Part shown: positions 38,253 to 48,174 of the stretch, piece by piece
Numbering within the stretch: position 1 is the stretch's first letter
How the letters are laid out: every line of letters starts with the position of its first letter
IMG/VR virus record: IMGVR_UViG_3300023296_000994
Reading direction: 5' to 3' (one strand)
DNA length: 64,000 nt
Origin: a virus
Notes under the pieces: model-generated
The model's database searches: none
Seen by the model: the letters and a program-made list of their open reading frames with translations, nothing else
What the model was told of the DNA's origin: nothing
Position numbers and translations under genes: made by a program

Positions 38253-40133
38253 TTAATAAGTTACTGCTTTACCTCGAATGTCACGTTCTGGGTATTTTAT
38301 TTCAAATACAGATGGGTCCAATGAAGGATATAATATGCCACTTCTGTTTGCAGCTGTTAGATTATATTTGTTACCTGAGTAGCCTTCACTTTCTCGCCAT
38401 TTGTTTAGTATTGTTACGTCTATAACAGATTGTACACCATCAGTACTAGCCAATGCCAACACAATATCTTTTGTAATTATTGGTTGACGGAACTGCATAT
38501 TTTCGATATTGAAAAATGCCTTTAATGTGTCGATACATCTTAATATGATTTCTCTCGAATTTCGTCCAGGAAGAACTACAACCTTAAAGTCAACGCCAAT
38601 ATTAATAATATATCCGTTTTTAATATTGACAGCATCGGTTAATAATCTATACTGTGATAGATAGTTTCTTAAGTTTTCTTTGGACGCGCGAGAAACGTTG
38701 GTTAAATTTTTACTTTGGTTATATCCGATTACATATAAATTCATAGCAAACGGATTTGCTACACTTAAACCGGTGGACGGTAGTACCTGTTGGTCTTGAG
38801 TTATATATGCTTTCGCGATTGACCCATACCTAGCAGGAAGTGAATATGTACGTACAATATAATCTTCTCTGGTTACCGCTCGATTTTGTGTTGAAAAATA
38901 AGCCAAAGCATTTTGACGAATTTCTTCTAATGTTTCGGTTGATTTTCCGCCGGTTGCCGGCGATGGATTATTTACTTGTAAGCTAGCTACAACTGTAGCT
39001 AATGTAGTTGAATTTAATAGTTCTTCTGTTGTCTGTTGTGTAGTTTTACTATTAATTACTACAATCGTATTAGATGGAACGTTACCATCAATACCATATC
39101 CAATTGTATAATTTATTGTTAATGTTGTTGATGACGGTACCTGACCATATGTTCTACTACGTAGGAAATTAGATGGGTCAAATGCTATATCCAATCCATC
39201 GATTGAAGCCGGTAAGTTTGATCCAACATTTTCTGGATTAGGTAAAATACTGATATCACTGTTCGTTGATATTCCGGAACCAAATTGTAATTCCATATTA
39301 TTATCCGGCGTAATTCGTGTTATAAATCGGCGGCCGGTTTTTCTTAATGAAAGTATATATGGTACTGCAACCGAATCAGGTGCAAGTAAAGGATCAAAAT
39401 CAAAGTTGTTAACTGTTTCTTCAAATATAGTATCTTGTGCCAAATATGGTACTTCGGTCCAGACATTTTCATCAGTATCCGTTACCGTTTCAATACCAAT
39501 GATATCATCATCGGTTATTTTTATTTTTAAATTCTTTTTTGGGTCGGTTACACTTATATTTAATGTTTTAAGTTCGCCGGAAGTTGCCGATACTGTTTTT
39601 TTAAGTAGATAGTATTCGGGAATTCCTGTAGTTAAATTAAGTTGATATACCGTTGTTTCGGTTGGGGATAACGAACTTGATTCTGCGAAATTAACATCTC
39701 TACTTGTACGAAATATAGTTCCTGTTTCGGTTTGTACTTCCATTCCACCTTCAACCAACAACGCATATCTATAATCTGGCTTTGAACTCGAACCATCACC
39801 ACCAGTATCAGTTGATGGTACTAATTGGTATACATCTATATCGGTGGATGAAGCTACCGATAGCTTTGGCTTATATCCAAATGACTGAGCAATATTAAGT
39901 AAATTTTTACGTTCACTTGCGTGCTGAATCATGTTTTCTTTTAACGTATAGTCTGTGTAAAATGAAAGTACGTCACCTACATAAGCAGCCATTTCGATAA
40001 ACATGGTACCCGGTGATGCATCGGTAAAATCATTATACGTATCGGGAAAATAATTCTTAGCATAATCAACAAGATTTTTCTTAAATTCAGGAAAAGTCTT
40101 ATTTAAATACTTTATTTCTTTTGTAGTAGCCAT
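38253..40133 (-). CDS. baseplate wedge subunit (gp6/J-like)
   Basis: YFPDTYNDF..SPG.MFIEM.AYVGDVLSFY, QFGSG, ATGG..ETLEEIR, QNRAVTREDY. Confidence 0.85.
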   Translation of the reverse strand: MATTKEIKYLNKTFPEFKKNLVDYAKNYFPDTYNDFTDASPGTMFIEMAAYVGDVLSFYTDYTLKENMIQHASERKNLLNIAQSFGYKPKLSVASSTDIDVYQLVPSTDTGGDGSSSKPDYRYALLVEGGMEVQTETGTIFRTSRDVNFAESSSLSPTETTVYQLNLTTGIPEYYLLKKTVSATSGELKTLNISVTDPKKNLKIKITDDDIIGIETVTDTDENVWTEVPYLAQDTIFEETVNNFDFDPLLAPDSVAVPYILSLRKTGRRFITRITPDNNMELQFGSGISTNSDISILPNPENVGSNLPASIDGLDIAFDPSNFLRSRTYGQVPSSTTLTINYTIGYGIDGNVPSNTIVVINSKTTQQTTEELLNSTTLATVVASLQVNNPSPATGGKSTETLEEIRQNALAYFSTQNRAVTREDYIVRTYSLPARYGSIAKAYITQDQQVLPSTGLSVANPFAMNLYVIGYNQSKNLTNVSRASKENLRNYLSQYRLLTDAVNIKNGYIINIGVDFKVVVLPGRNSREIILRCIDTLKAFFNIENMQFRQPIITKDIVLALASTDGVQSVIDVTILNKWRESEGYSGNKYNLTAANRSGILYPSLDPSVFEIKYPERDIRGKAVTY

Positions 40134-40135
40134 TA

Positions 40136-40540
40136 TTATCCTCGGTTAACATCTATGAGTAATATATCATCGAACCTAAAATCAGGCACAGAATATGAAA
40201 CATGTATAGACAATGAGTTTCCATTTTCAATTACAGATACATCTACAAGTGTAATATATGACATAAATTCAGCAATACTAGTTTTTATAGATGTTTGTAT
40301 TGAATTTACAAGCGCTGGTGTATTTGGTTCAAATATCTTTTTATATAAATCAGATCCAAATCTAGGATTAAATACTCGTTCACCTTTAATAGTTAATAGT
40401 AAATTTCGGAGATTATCTTTTACTTGTTCTTTTGTTTCATAGTTCAAATTAAAATTATTATTGGTGCCGAACGGCAGACCAATGCCGATTGCTACATCGG
40501 GTTCAAAATCAAGTCTATTTATTTTTCTAATTGTGCTCAT
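40136..40540 (-). CDS. baseplate gp25-like protein
   Basis: NLRNLLLTIKGERVFNPRFGSDL. Confidence 0.88.
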   Translation of the reverse strand: MSTIRKINRLDFEPDVAIGIGLPFGTNNNFNLNYETKEQVKDNLRNLLLTIKGERVFNPRFGSDLYKKIFEPNTPALVNSIQTSIKTSIAEFMSYITLVDVSVIENGNSLSIHVSYSVPDFRFDDILLIDVNRG

Positions 40541-40953
40541 TTAGGTTTATCCATAGCCTTTATCATGGATGAGTAGTCTTTCGTAAGCGCGGTTTGCAAG
40601 GTAGCCGGTAATGTATTTATATCAACCGGGCGACCATTTACATCCTGCATTGGCATCATAGCGACCGGAGTAGCTGTATCGATATCGGCATTATCATTTA
40701 AACTTCGGAAACTTGCATGTAAAGCAGAGCGCGCAGCCACAGCATCGGGTGATGTTACCGTCTTATTATTTAATGTGGGCCATTCTTCGGTTGTGGATTC
40801 TGATAGTGGGTTACTATCATAATCTTCAGTAAGTATAGACAATTGTAAATCTACCTGCCTCTTAACTTCCTCATTAATAACTTCACGTAATGAAGCTTTT
40901 ATTTCTTTTTTGATTACAACCTTAATCAATTTTACTAATTTGTCTATTTTCAT
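40537..40953 (-). CDS. hypothetical late protein
   Basis: INEE, ILTE, LSES sites; ends ALTKDYSSMIKAMD. Confidence 0.5.
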   Translation of the reverse strand: MKIDKLVKLIKVVIKKEIKASLREVINEEVKRQVDLQLSILTEDYDSNPLSESTTEEWPTLNNKTVTSPDAVAARSALHASFRSLNDNADIDTATPVAMMPMQDVNGRPVDINTLPATLQTALTKDYSSMIKAMDKPK

Positions 40954-40989
40954 ATCTGTAATGTTCTTATTGTAATAAATAGTATTATA

Positions 40990-41985
40990 TTAACTTTTCA
41001 TTCGTTCTAATGATGTCTTTAGGGATGAAATATTGGACTTTATTCTATTTGTTTGTGTAGAAATAGCCTTAAACGATCCGGCGTTTGTTGGTAAGCCGGA
41101 GGGTCCATTGGGTGTAGGTACTATTATCAGCGATGTATTTTCTGCTTGTTTTGATAGTTCACCGGCTACTGCATCTAATGCTTTAACCGTATCTAATATC
41201 ACATCCAATAATGTAGTTATATCTATATTCCATTTGTCAGTTTTTATACCAACGTCTCTCTTTGAAGACAATATTATATTATCGTCTTTACTATAAAATA
41301 CAATTCGGTCTGCTCCGATGACAGCCTGCGAACCTACATATCTGTCGGGTCGTTCATATGTACTATATGATTCATTTTCAATCGGTAATGATTGGTCTGA
41401 TGTTAAATATAAAAACGAATTATCGTTTGATAAACTTTCTTGGTCTCCCTTTCCGTTTCTAACACATATGATAGGAGTTCCATCGGCGCCGTCCAAATTC
41501 CATTCGTTACTATTTTCAGCATGCTTGGACCCTAACCTAATTGAATTACCAAATCTACCTTGCATTAATACATCGCCCTCGTATTTCTTTAACGATGGTA
41601 AGTCATTGGGTATATAGTTTGTTCCAAATGTAATATTACCAGATGCATCAATTATATTGATATCACCGGCTTTACTGTTGGATATGATAGATGTATTATT
41701 ACTAATTACATCTAAGTATACCCATCCTGTTTCTCGTTTCTGAACACATAATATATATTCATTAACGAGGGGTAATACAGTTATATTCTTAGCCGCAGGA
41801 TATACTTTAACGTTTCTTGCACGATCAGGAATATATGCAATGATTTCATCTACACTACCATCATCTTCATTAATGACAACTGAATTAACTATACCATATG
41901 ATATACTTAAATCAATTACTGGTAATGATTGATTTTGATTATTAGATAAGGGCGCCTTTATATTTTTATTATTCCAAAAGATCAC
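40990..41985 (-). CDS. baseplate hub/spike (gp5-like, no lysozyme domain)
   Basis: PLVNEYI, EGDVLMQGRFGNSIRLGS, ADRIVF, TPNGPSG.P.N. Confidence 0.55.
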   Translation of the reverse strand: MIFWNNKNIKAPLSNNQNQSLPVIDLSISYGIVNSVVINEDDGSVDEIIAYIPDRARNVKVYPAAKNITVLPLVNEYILCVQKRETGWVYLDVISNNTSIISNSKAGDINIIDASGNITFGTNYIPNDLPSLKKYEGDVLMQGRFGNSIRLGSKHAENSNEWNLDGADGTPIICVRNGKGDQESLSNDNSFLYLTSDQSLPIENESYSTYERPDRYVGSQAVIGADRIVFYSKDDNIILSSKRDVGIKTDKWNIDITTLLDVILDTVKALDAVAGELSKQAENTSLIIVPTPNGPSGLPTNAGSFKAISTQTNRIKSNISSLKTSLERMKS

Positions 41986-42317
41986 TTACTATTATCCTCC
42001 ATTTCATGTACCGTATCCAAAATCTGCTTTTTTTCTATATCACTTAACCCCGTTCCGGCATCTGGTCCTGATACAGCATTCATTGACCTCTGAACAATAG
42101 CCGCCATTTTTATTAAGTGTTCATCATTTTTAACAGCCACTTCCATATAATCTTTTATCAATGGTACAATTATAGTAGCATCTGATAACGTTTTTATCAA
42201 TGGCTTCAATTCAAGTATAAGAGATGATATTTGTAATTCTTTTTTCTTAGAATTAGAATATATATCTTTCATTAAACCTGAGAATGTTTTACCTTTAAAA
42301 ATTTCTTCTTGATCCAT
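41982..42317 (-). CDS. helical late protein, possibly terminase small subunit
   Basis: ATG 42317 just after a late promoter; function is a guess from size and helical pattern. Confidence 0.35.
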   Translation of the reverse strand: MDQEEIFKGKTFSGLMKDIYSNSKKKELQISSLILELKPLIKTLSDATIIVPLIKDYMEVAVKNDEHLIKMAAIVQRSMNAVSGPDAGTGLSDIEKKQILDTVHEMEDNSK

Positions 42318-42328
42318 ACATATAAGTA

Positions 42329-43120
42329 TCAATCATCCAAATTAGATAAAAATATATCATAATAATCATTGAAATCACGCTTGATAACATTAACCACGTT
42401 CGTTATGTATTCCGTTTTGGTATCGGTCATTTCACGTATCATTATATATAATGCCTTCTTATTATAGTTTTGAATATTTACCCTACTCTTGAAAAGGTCA
42501 AGGATGGAATACGCTATATTAATATCACGTTGACTTTGAAATTTATTTTCAACTTGGGATTCATATTCTTCTATGAATTTATCAACGAAAGCTTCCTTTA
42601 GTAATTCAAAACTTTCATCCAAATCAGTTTCAATTGTATCTGAATATCTACTATCAATGTAATTTGGGTCTATACCACTTAGGTGCGTTTTAATAAGACG
42701 CTCTTTATACTTTTTGGTATTATTTTGAATGAGATAATTTTTTGCAATTATACTGAAATATGAAAATGCTCTACCCTTTCCTTGTGAATATTTATTAAGT
42801 TTCTGTAGTATGAAACAAATAACTTCGTGTTGAATTTCCTGCGTGGTTCCATCCATGTATGGAAACTTAAACGTGTTAATTATATTTTCTGTCAACTTAA
42901 AAAGAGGATAGTATATATATTCATTAAATATTTTATTCTTTTTACTATCCGATTCTTCTTCGTTGTAAGCTACAATGGCGTGTTCCGTAATGGGAGTAAA
43001 ATACATTTTATTCTTTTTCGGTCTGCCTGGCTTCTTTTTATTGGGGTCCACTATAAGCGATTCTTCTAGGTCGCGTTGATACTGTGGTAAGTTAATATAA
43101 AATAAATCTACAGTACTCAT
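42329..43120 (-). CDS. late-transcription sigma factor (gp55-like)
   Basis: KLTENII..KF, KY..GKGRAFSYFSIIAKNYLI region-2 motif. Confidence 0.7.
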   Translation of the reverse strand: MSTVDLFYINLPQYQRDLEESLIVDPNKKKPGRPKKNKMYFTPITEHAIVAYNEEESDSKKNKIFNEYIYYPLFKLTENIINTFKFPYMDGTTQEIQHEVICFILQKLNKYSQGKGRAFSYFSIIAKNYLIQNNTKKYKERLIKTHLSGIDPNYIDSRYSDTIETDLDESFELLKEAFVDKFIEEYESQVENKFQSQRDINIAYSILDLFKSRVNIQNYNKKALYIMIREMTDTKTEYITNVVNVIKRDFNDYYDIFLSNLDD

Positions 43121-43422
43121 ATATTTGGTTTGTTTGAATTAAATTTAGTATTCAATCGAGTTATTAAATCTTTCAATGAATTAAAAATAACACCTACGTC
43201 ATCATCACTTTGAAACATTGCACGTTTATCAACATTAACCATTTGATTATATGTGGAATTCACCGATTCGATAACATCAGCCACAAATAATAAATATTCG
43301 CGGTTGGCTTCTTCGGCCTGATCCATAATGGATTCCGTTTTGAATAATAAATTTACTACTGAATATCCCAGACCAACTAATATAATGGCCACGGGTATTA
43401 GAATGTATAATGAAATGTACAT
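43117..43422 (-). CDS. membrane-anchored hypothetical protein
   Basis: N-terminal TM helix. Confidence 0.5.
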   Translation of the reverse strand: MYISLYILIPVAIILVGLGYSVVNLLFKTESIMDQAEEANREYLLFVADVIESVNSTYNQMVNVDKRAMFQSDDDVGVIFNSLKDLITRLNTKFNSNKPNI

Positions 43423-43428
43423 AAAATT

Positions 43429-44169
43429 TTATTTAAATAAATTATTAAAAATAGCTACGTTCTTAGAATCCGATGTACTCAATACTTTCTTAACATGCTT
43501 CGATGGTGGAGCCTTTACAGTGGTACTATCTTCTTTTTTCCAACGTTCAAATTCAATTCTACTAGCCATTAAATCAGCGTGATGTAAAACCAATGGCATG
43601 TTATTTTTGAAACCTCCATTTTTACTTTTGGATTTATAATAGAACCAATTACCTTCCACATACATTCCGTCATGAGTCATAATTGCAATGTATTCATTTT
43701 GTGTTACTTTAACACCATGTTCTTGTAACATCCACAGCCCTCTGTGTGGTACTTCCATTGTAACTATATCACTATTATAATCATAGATTTTGCCTTGATT
43801 TTTTCTGTGCCATTCCGATGTATTTGGCTCATAATATGGATTATCTATATCACCTACTTTTCCAAGGTCATGATTTATAGCAGCGAAGGCAAGTTCTTCA
43901 ATAGTATATCCGTCCATGTCAGCGCCCATTTCTCCCCATGTAGTATGTAACTTCATCGCGCATTTGTATACACGTAAAACATGGTCTACATACCCTCCAG
44001 GAAATGCGTTATGATAATGTTCGATGGCCGATCCAGGGGCAAACATTATACGTTCTTCCAAACCGGAATATAATTTAGTTAGTGATTCGCTTCGGGTAGA
44101 TAATACATTAGTAATTATATCACCAAGCTTTATCCAATTTTCACTTAATTGGTTGGCTGTAAGGTCCAT
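43429..44169 (-). CDS. HD-domain phosphohydrolase (YhaM-like)
   Basis: HYHNAFPGG..DH, NHDLGK, HDG, HHAD. Confidence 0.8.
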   Translation of the reverse strand: MDLTANQLSENWIKLGDIITNVLSTRSESLTKLYSGLEERIMFAPGSAIEHYHNAFPGGYVDHVLRVYKCAMKLHTTWGEMGADMDGYTIEELAFAAINHDLGKVGDIDNPYYEPNTSEWHRKNQGKIYDYNSDIVTMEVPHRGLWMLQEHGVKVTQNEYIAIMTHDGMYVEGNWFYYKSKSKNGGFKNNMPLVLHHADLMASRIEFERWKKEDSTTVKAPPSKHVKKVLSTSDSKNVAIFNNLFK

Positions 44170-44230
44170 CTTTTTGATTTTGTTTAAAACTATTAACTAT
44201 AGTAGTAAGTACTAATATAGTGAAAATATA

Positions 44231-44737
44231 TCACAATACATAATTATCAGGTATCTTTCCTGATATTATCTTATTGTACTTTTTGATTTCTCTGATAAAT
44301 AATGCTTTGTCTTTTTTAGTAGACGCCTTATTTAGTTTCTTTTTTAAAGCGTACGCTTTCTGAGATGCATCATCGATGATTTTCCGTTTTTGTGCTTTAG
44401 ACCGCTTTACCTTTTCTTTTATTTTAGTAGGAGAAAACTTATCTTTTAAATCAGGAAGCTCCTTACCCTTATTAAAAACATTACCATCCTTATCAACATA
44501 TTGTTCCATTAAATGCCAACCCCGAGGGCGGCCGGATGATACTTTCTGTTTAATAACTGGCGGATTACATTTTTCATTTATACATAAAAAACAAATAACG
44601 GATACTACAGAATCCGAGGTAGTGGTCATCTGCCCACATTCACTACATTCAAGATATCGGTATGATTTATCTGGATCTTGATTCCACTTAGTACCTAATC
44701 TGAATTCTTCTCTATACGTAACTATTTGCTTTGACAT
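44231..44737 (-). CDS. hypothetical basic zinc-binding protein
   Basis: CSEC..CFLC, GRPRGWH. Confidence 0.5.
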   Translation of the reverse strand: MSKQIVTYREEFRLGTKWNQDPDKSYRYLECSECGQMTTTSDSVVSVICFLCINEKCNPPVIKQKVSSGRPRGWHLMEQYVDKDGNVFNKGKELPDLKDKFSPTKIKEKVKRSKAQKRKIIDDASQKAYALKKKLNKASTKKDKALFIREIKKYNKIISGKIPDNYVL

Positions 44738-44743
44738 AATTGA

Positions 44744-45502
44744 TTATAGGATATCCGATAATTTATATAAAATAGTATGAATTACAATATCTTCGTTATT
44801 AACCTTTTTTCTATAATCATGTAATTTAATATTGGCATTAATCATTGTTGATTTTATGTAATTCAATTTAATAATGTCACTACAACTGATAGCTAATATT
44901 CCATTGAAAGAAGTGATGTTAATAAATTCAGTATTAGTAACACTATTCAATATACTTGTTATAAAATCCTGTGCATTAAACTGATATAATGGTTTATTAT
45001 TTTCTATTCGTAAAATAACATCCGCTAACTTATGTTCATCTAATTTATCAATCCACTGTACGAACGATTGTATCTTGTTATTGAACAAATAATGTCTATC
45101 AGATTCTTTTAATTTATCCCACAAAGCGGCCGTGTCTAAGCCCGCGGAGTTCGGTAATACTGAATTACCGTTTCCACTCGACAGATGTTTAAGAAAAGTA
45201 ATAATTTTATTTACGGAATCATCAGTATCAACCGGTACTTCTTTTACAATTAATTTATTTTCATAATCTAATTTAGATTCGGTTGGTACGTCTGCCGTAC
45301 TGATATTAGGTATGATCGATGTATCGTCAATATCAGGAAAAGACCACTTGTACATAGTCAGTCGTTGATTAGAATTCTTCAACTTGTTAATCTGAGCAAC
45401 TATGATATGTTCTTCCATATCTAAAAGAGAATCGCTTAACCACATATGGCTGTACCATTTATTAGTAGTTATCTTATTTTTGGCCTTACTCATATTATTC
45501 AC
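44744..45502 (-). CDS. hypothetical protein
   Basis: 252-aa ORF in operon. Confidence 0.5.
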   Translation of the reverse strand: MNNMSKAKNKITTNKWYSHMWLSDSLLDMEEHIIVAQINKLKNSNQRLTMYKWSFPDIDDTSIIPNISTADVPTESKLDYENKLIVKEVPVDTDDSVNKIITFLKHLSSGNGNSVLPNSAGLDTAALWDKLKESDRHYLFNNKIQSFVQWIDKLDEHKLADVILRIENNKPLYQFNAQDFITSILNSVTNTEFINITSFNGILAISCSDIIKLNYIKSTMINANIKLHDYRKKVNNEDIVIHTILYKLSDIL

Positions 45503-45794
45503 TCCATAAAAGTTTATCTAGCCAATCACTGTCATCTTTGACTAGAGTTAATAATTTAACTAATTCAGAACATTTTTCATATTGTTCCATTTCTTCAAAA
45601 TACAATATCAAATTACCCATGATTTCTTCTGCTGCTAATTTACTATCGAACGGGTCAAATAGTAATGCTAAAAAGTTATCGTTCTGACTGTACAGTTCAA
45701 TTATATTCTTTTTACCCGTTAATACATCGAACGTTTCATTAGCTGCTAAGCTAAGTAGTGAATCATCATCATCTTCGTTTAAATAGAATTTCAT
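45495..45794 (-). CDS. small protein with UVR-like motif
   Basis: YFEEMEQYEKCSEL. Confidence 0.5.
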   Translation of the reverse strand: MKFYLNEDDDDSLLSLAANETFDVLTGKKNIIELYSQNDNFLALLFDPFDSKLAAEEIMGNLILYFEEMEQYEKCSELVKLLTLVKDDSDWLDKLLWSE

Positions 45795-45818
45795 TACATA
45801 TAAATATAAAGTCAGAAT

Positions 45819-46022
45819 TTAATCCAATAACAACTCCGGCTGAATTGGTTTGGATTTATCAAGTCGTTCGGTTTCAATTAATCTAAACTGTAATAAATTA
45901 ATTACAATGTTCTTGTCAGTTATGGTACGTTTTAGTATATCCCGTTTGGCACTAATAAACGCAATTACCAGCAACAAAATTAATATTATTACCAATAATA
46001 ATATCATTATTAAATAATTCAT
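45819..46022 (-). CDS. small membrane protein
   Basis: Long hydrophobic N-terminus. Confidence 0.5.
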   Translation of the reverse strand: MNYLIMILLLVIILILLLVIAFISAKRDILKRTITDKNIVINLLQFRLIETERLDKSKPIQPELLLD

Positions 46023-46023
46023 T

Positions 46024-46302
46024 TCAATATTCTCTGTATGTACCGTTATTGGATTCTAATTGGCCAAGTGAACGTGCCACTTTATATTTATGCTTTCCAT
46101 CTTCCAATGTTTCACATATTCTATTAGCTTCTGATTCTGTAATTTCGAATCGTCTGTTACCTATAATCAAGAAACCAATCGTAGGCTTAACATCTTGATT
46201 TGGTCTTGAATCCGGGTCGCCTGTTTGCGGTAATTCGAAATCAATTGAATTCCAAAATTTGCCATATTTGGCTCCGTTGAAACTTTCACTACTTCTATTC
46301 AT
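46024..46302 (-). CDS. hypothetical protein
   Basis: 92-aa ORF with promoter-like elements upstream. Confidence 0.5.
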   Translation of the reverse strand: MNRSSESFNGAKYGKFWNSIDFELPQTGDPDSRPNQDVKPTIGFLIIGNRRFEITESEANRICETLEDGKHKYKVARSLGQLESNNGTYREY

Positions 46303-46446
46303 AATAACGTTTATTTTAAGTGTTATATAATATAAGTATTATTCTTTGGATAAACAAGTAAATCACCATGTTTATTATTCAAAATCAAAAATAAATATTG
46401 AAAACGTACCTGGTTTTAAATTACTGGACGATATGTATTAATACAC

Positions 46447-46541
46447 TGATCATGTGATTAATTGATCAATATTGATCATGATCAAATTTGATCATTATTA
46501 ATTAAGTTAATTAGATTAATAGATCAATAGATCTATAGATC
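46447..46541. repeat. AT-rich cluster of 8 GATC sites (five TGATCA)
   Basis: GATC at 46448, 46464, 46474, 46480, 46490, 46522, 46530, 46538. Confidence 0.85.
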
Positions 46542-47042
46542 TTTAACTCGGTTTAACGATAGTTCAACACGGTTCCAATATGATAAAGTCACGGTTTTTT
46601 TCATTCCTTTTGGACCTCCATTCCAACACCGGGCGATATCTTCGTAGCTATGAAGGTTATAATGATTTATATAAATTTTCAGCATTTCAATTGAGGATGT
46701 CCGGTTCCACCTATCCTCTAATTTATAGTTTATAGTTTTCAATATTCGGTTAATGTCTTTGACCATACATGGTCTTATTTGTAGACAACCAACAGCATTT
46801 TCTTTTTTACAGTAAGCAGAATCATTATTACTTGATTCTACCCATATTAATGCTTCAATTATATAATGTATTGAGTCAATAATATCAGCGCTATTATTAT
46901 ATAATAATTGGGTATCAGCTCGGCAGTTTATATTTTGGGTATCAGTTCTGACTGAAATCTGATGTATTGGTACTGTGAGAGGCTCTATACGTAGCGTTCC
47001 GCTCAGGGCCCACACTACCATTAGTATTACGTACTTAATCAT
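46533..47042 (-). CDS. lysozyme-fold hydrolase (transglycosylase/i-type-like) with N-terminal hydrophobic signal
   Basis: ALIWVES, AVGCLQI, ARCWNGGPKG. Confidence 0.7.
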   Translation of the reverse strand: MIKYVILMVVWALSGTLRIEPLTVPIHQISVRTDTQNINCRADTQLLYNNSADIIDSIHYIIEALIWVESSNNDSAYCKKENAVGCLQIRPCMVKDINRILKTINYKLEDRWNRTSSIEMLKIYINHYNLHSYEDIARCWNGGPKGMKKTVTLSYWNRVELSLNRVKDL

Positions 47043-47064
47043 GTTAGAATGGGTCTAGTTAGCT

Positions 47065-47097
47065 AAAATAAGAATGGGGAAGCCGAAGCCTCCCCAT
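47065..47097 (-). terminator. rho-independent terminator after tmRNA
   Basis: ATGGGGAGGC-TTCG-GCTTCCCCAT then TCTTATTTT. Confidence 0.85.
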
Positions 47098-47100
47098 AAT

Positions 47101-47313
47101 AACCTTTACCGGCGGTCATACCGGGAACCGTAACGTAATCCTTTCGGATCAGGCTGCGATTGCAAACTGAGTGTCGCTGTTTAAGCGTGTGTAACCTCAT
47201 AATGTCCGTTGTATGCTGTCAATACCGGTCTACCCCGTTTATCACTTACCTAGTGGAGTAGCCCGCATCCGAGAGCGGGGTCCAGACATATCGTATACAT
47301 TAATCATCGGTTG
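47101..47313 (-). ncRNA. ssrA: circularly permuted (two-piece) tmRNA
   Basis: Acceptor piece (GGAC-CCCGC-loop-GCGGG-CTACTCC-A, ends 47254) precedes coding piece (GGGGTAGACCGGTATTGACAGC, starts 47236); 7-bp acceptor stem with G3-U70; tag SDTQFAIAA-stop at 47178..47149; outer ends approximate. Confidence 0.85.
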
Positions 47314-47363
47314 CGTCTTATAAGTATACCCGTTTTGATATACTTATGTGTTTTTTATAGATA

Positions 47364-47579
47364 TTATACCACATCGGGCATAGTAACTAATTCAACGTCT
47401 TTAAATGACATTTGAAACATACCTCTGATACCAGGCATGGTGAAAAATCCGTTTCCATCATGCATGTCATACGTCAATACAACTGTGTCGCCTTTTGCTG
47501 GATGGCCAAAAGCACCAAACGGTGGAGTATGATTTTTAACTACGTAAGTTACATTAATAACTTCGCTTGAATCTTTCAT
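47364..47579 (-). CDS. hypothetical protein
   Basis: 71-aa ORF. Confidence 0.45.
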   Translation of the reverse strand: MKDSSEVINVTYVVKNHTPPFGAFGHPAKGDTVVLTYDMHDGNGFFTMPGIRGMFQMSFKDVELVTMPDVV

Positions 47580-48174
47580 TATTTTTGTTTTATGTTGTTA
47601 TCAAGTAAGTAGAAACTTACATTTGGTTTTCGTGCCTCATCGTCGTTATAATCAATTGGTAAACCAATTGCGTCATCTTTACTTTTGATGACTATTGTAT
47701 GCTTCAAATTAAATTCGGAAATTAATTCATCACTTCGCCCACCATAACTGGCGGTCAATACCAGATTATCTGGAATGTCATTAATTCTCTTAACCCAATA
47801 TTTCAAGCTTTTAGTATAAGCCCAGAATTCAACATTTGGATTATCTCTACATAATTGTAACCACATATCGAAATAAGCCTGAGAAAAAAGTCACCAGCTG
47901 AATGTATTCTAACTGATGTTGCTTTGTTAGGTATAGTTGGTATACCACCGTCTTTAGCAAATTCAAAGTTATTCCATCTGTGTTGTCTTACACCAGGAAA
48001 ACGTTCTGCACTTGCTGCGTAACATCGATAAGCTTTACTTTTGTTTTCAAACTTTCCTGTTATTCTATCTACCTTAACTAAACATTCATCGGCAAATGGA
48101 CATGTAAACCCAGTAGGTAAATTCCATTCGTATACGATTCCTGTATAGTAGGTTGTTTTCTTAACAAACTTCAC
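47579..48174 (-). pseudogene. GP88-like (radical-SAM-like) protein split by a 1-nt frameshift
   Basis: TCP..C..CYA, RIHSAGDFF then (SQAYFD)MWL..FWAYTKS; one more T in the T6 run at 47884-47889 restores one frame. Confidence 0.65.

Noticed and set aside
47884-47889. Programmed -1 frameshift in the GP88-like gene
   Set aside because: The break is in a T6 run without a well-phased slippery heptamer; similar 1-nt breaks near 38155 and 56231 suggest assembly indels
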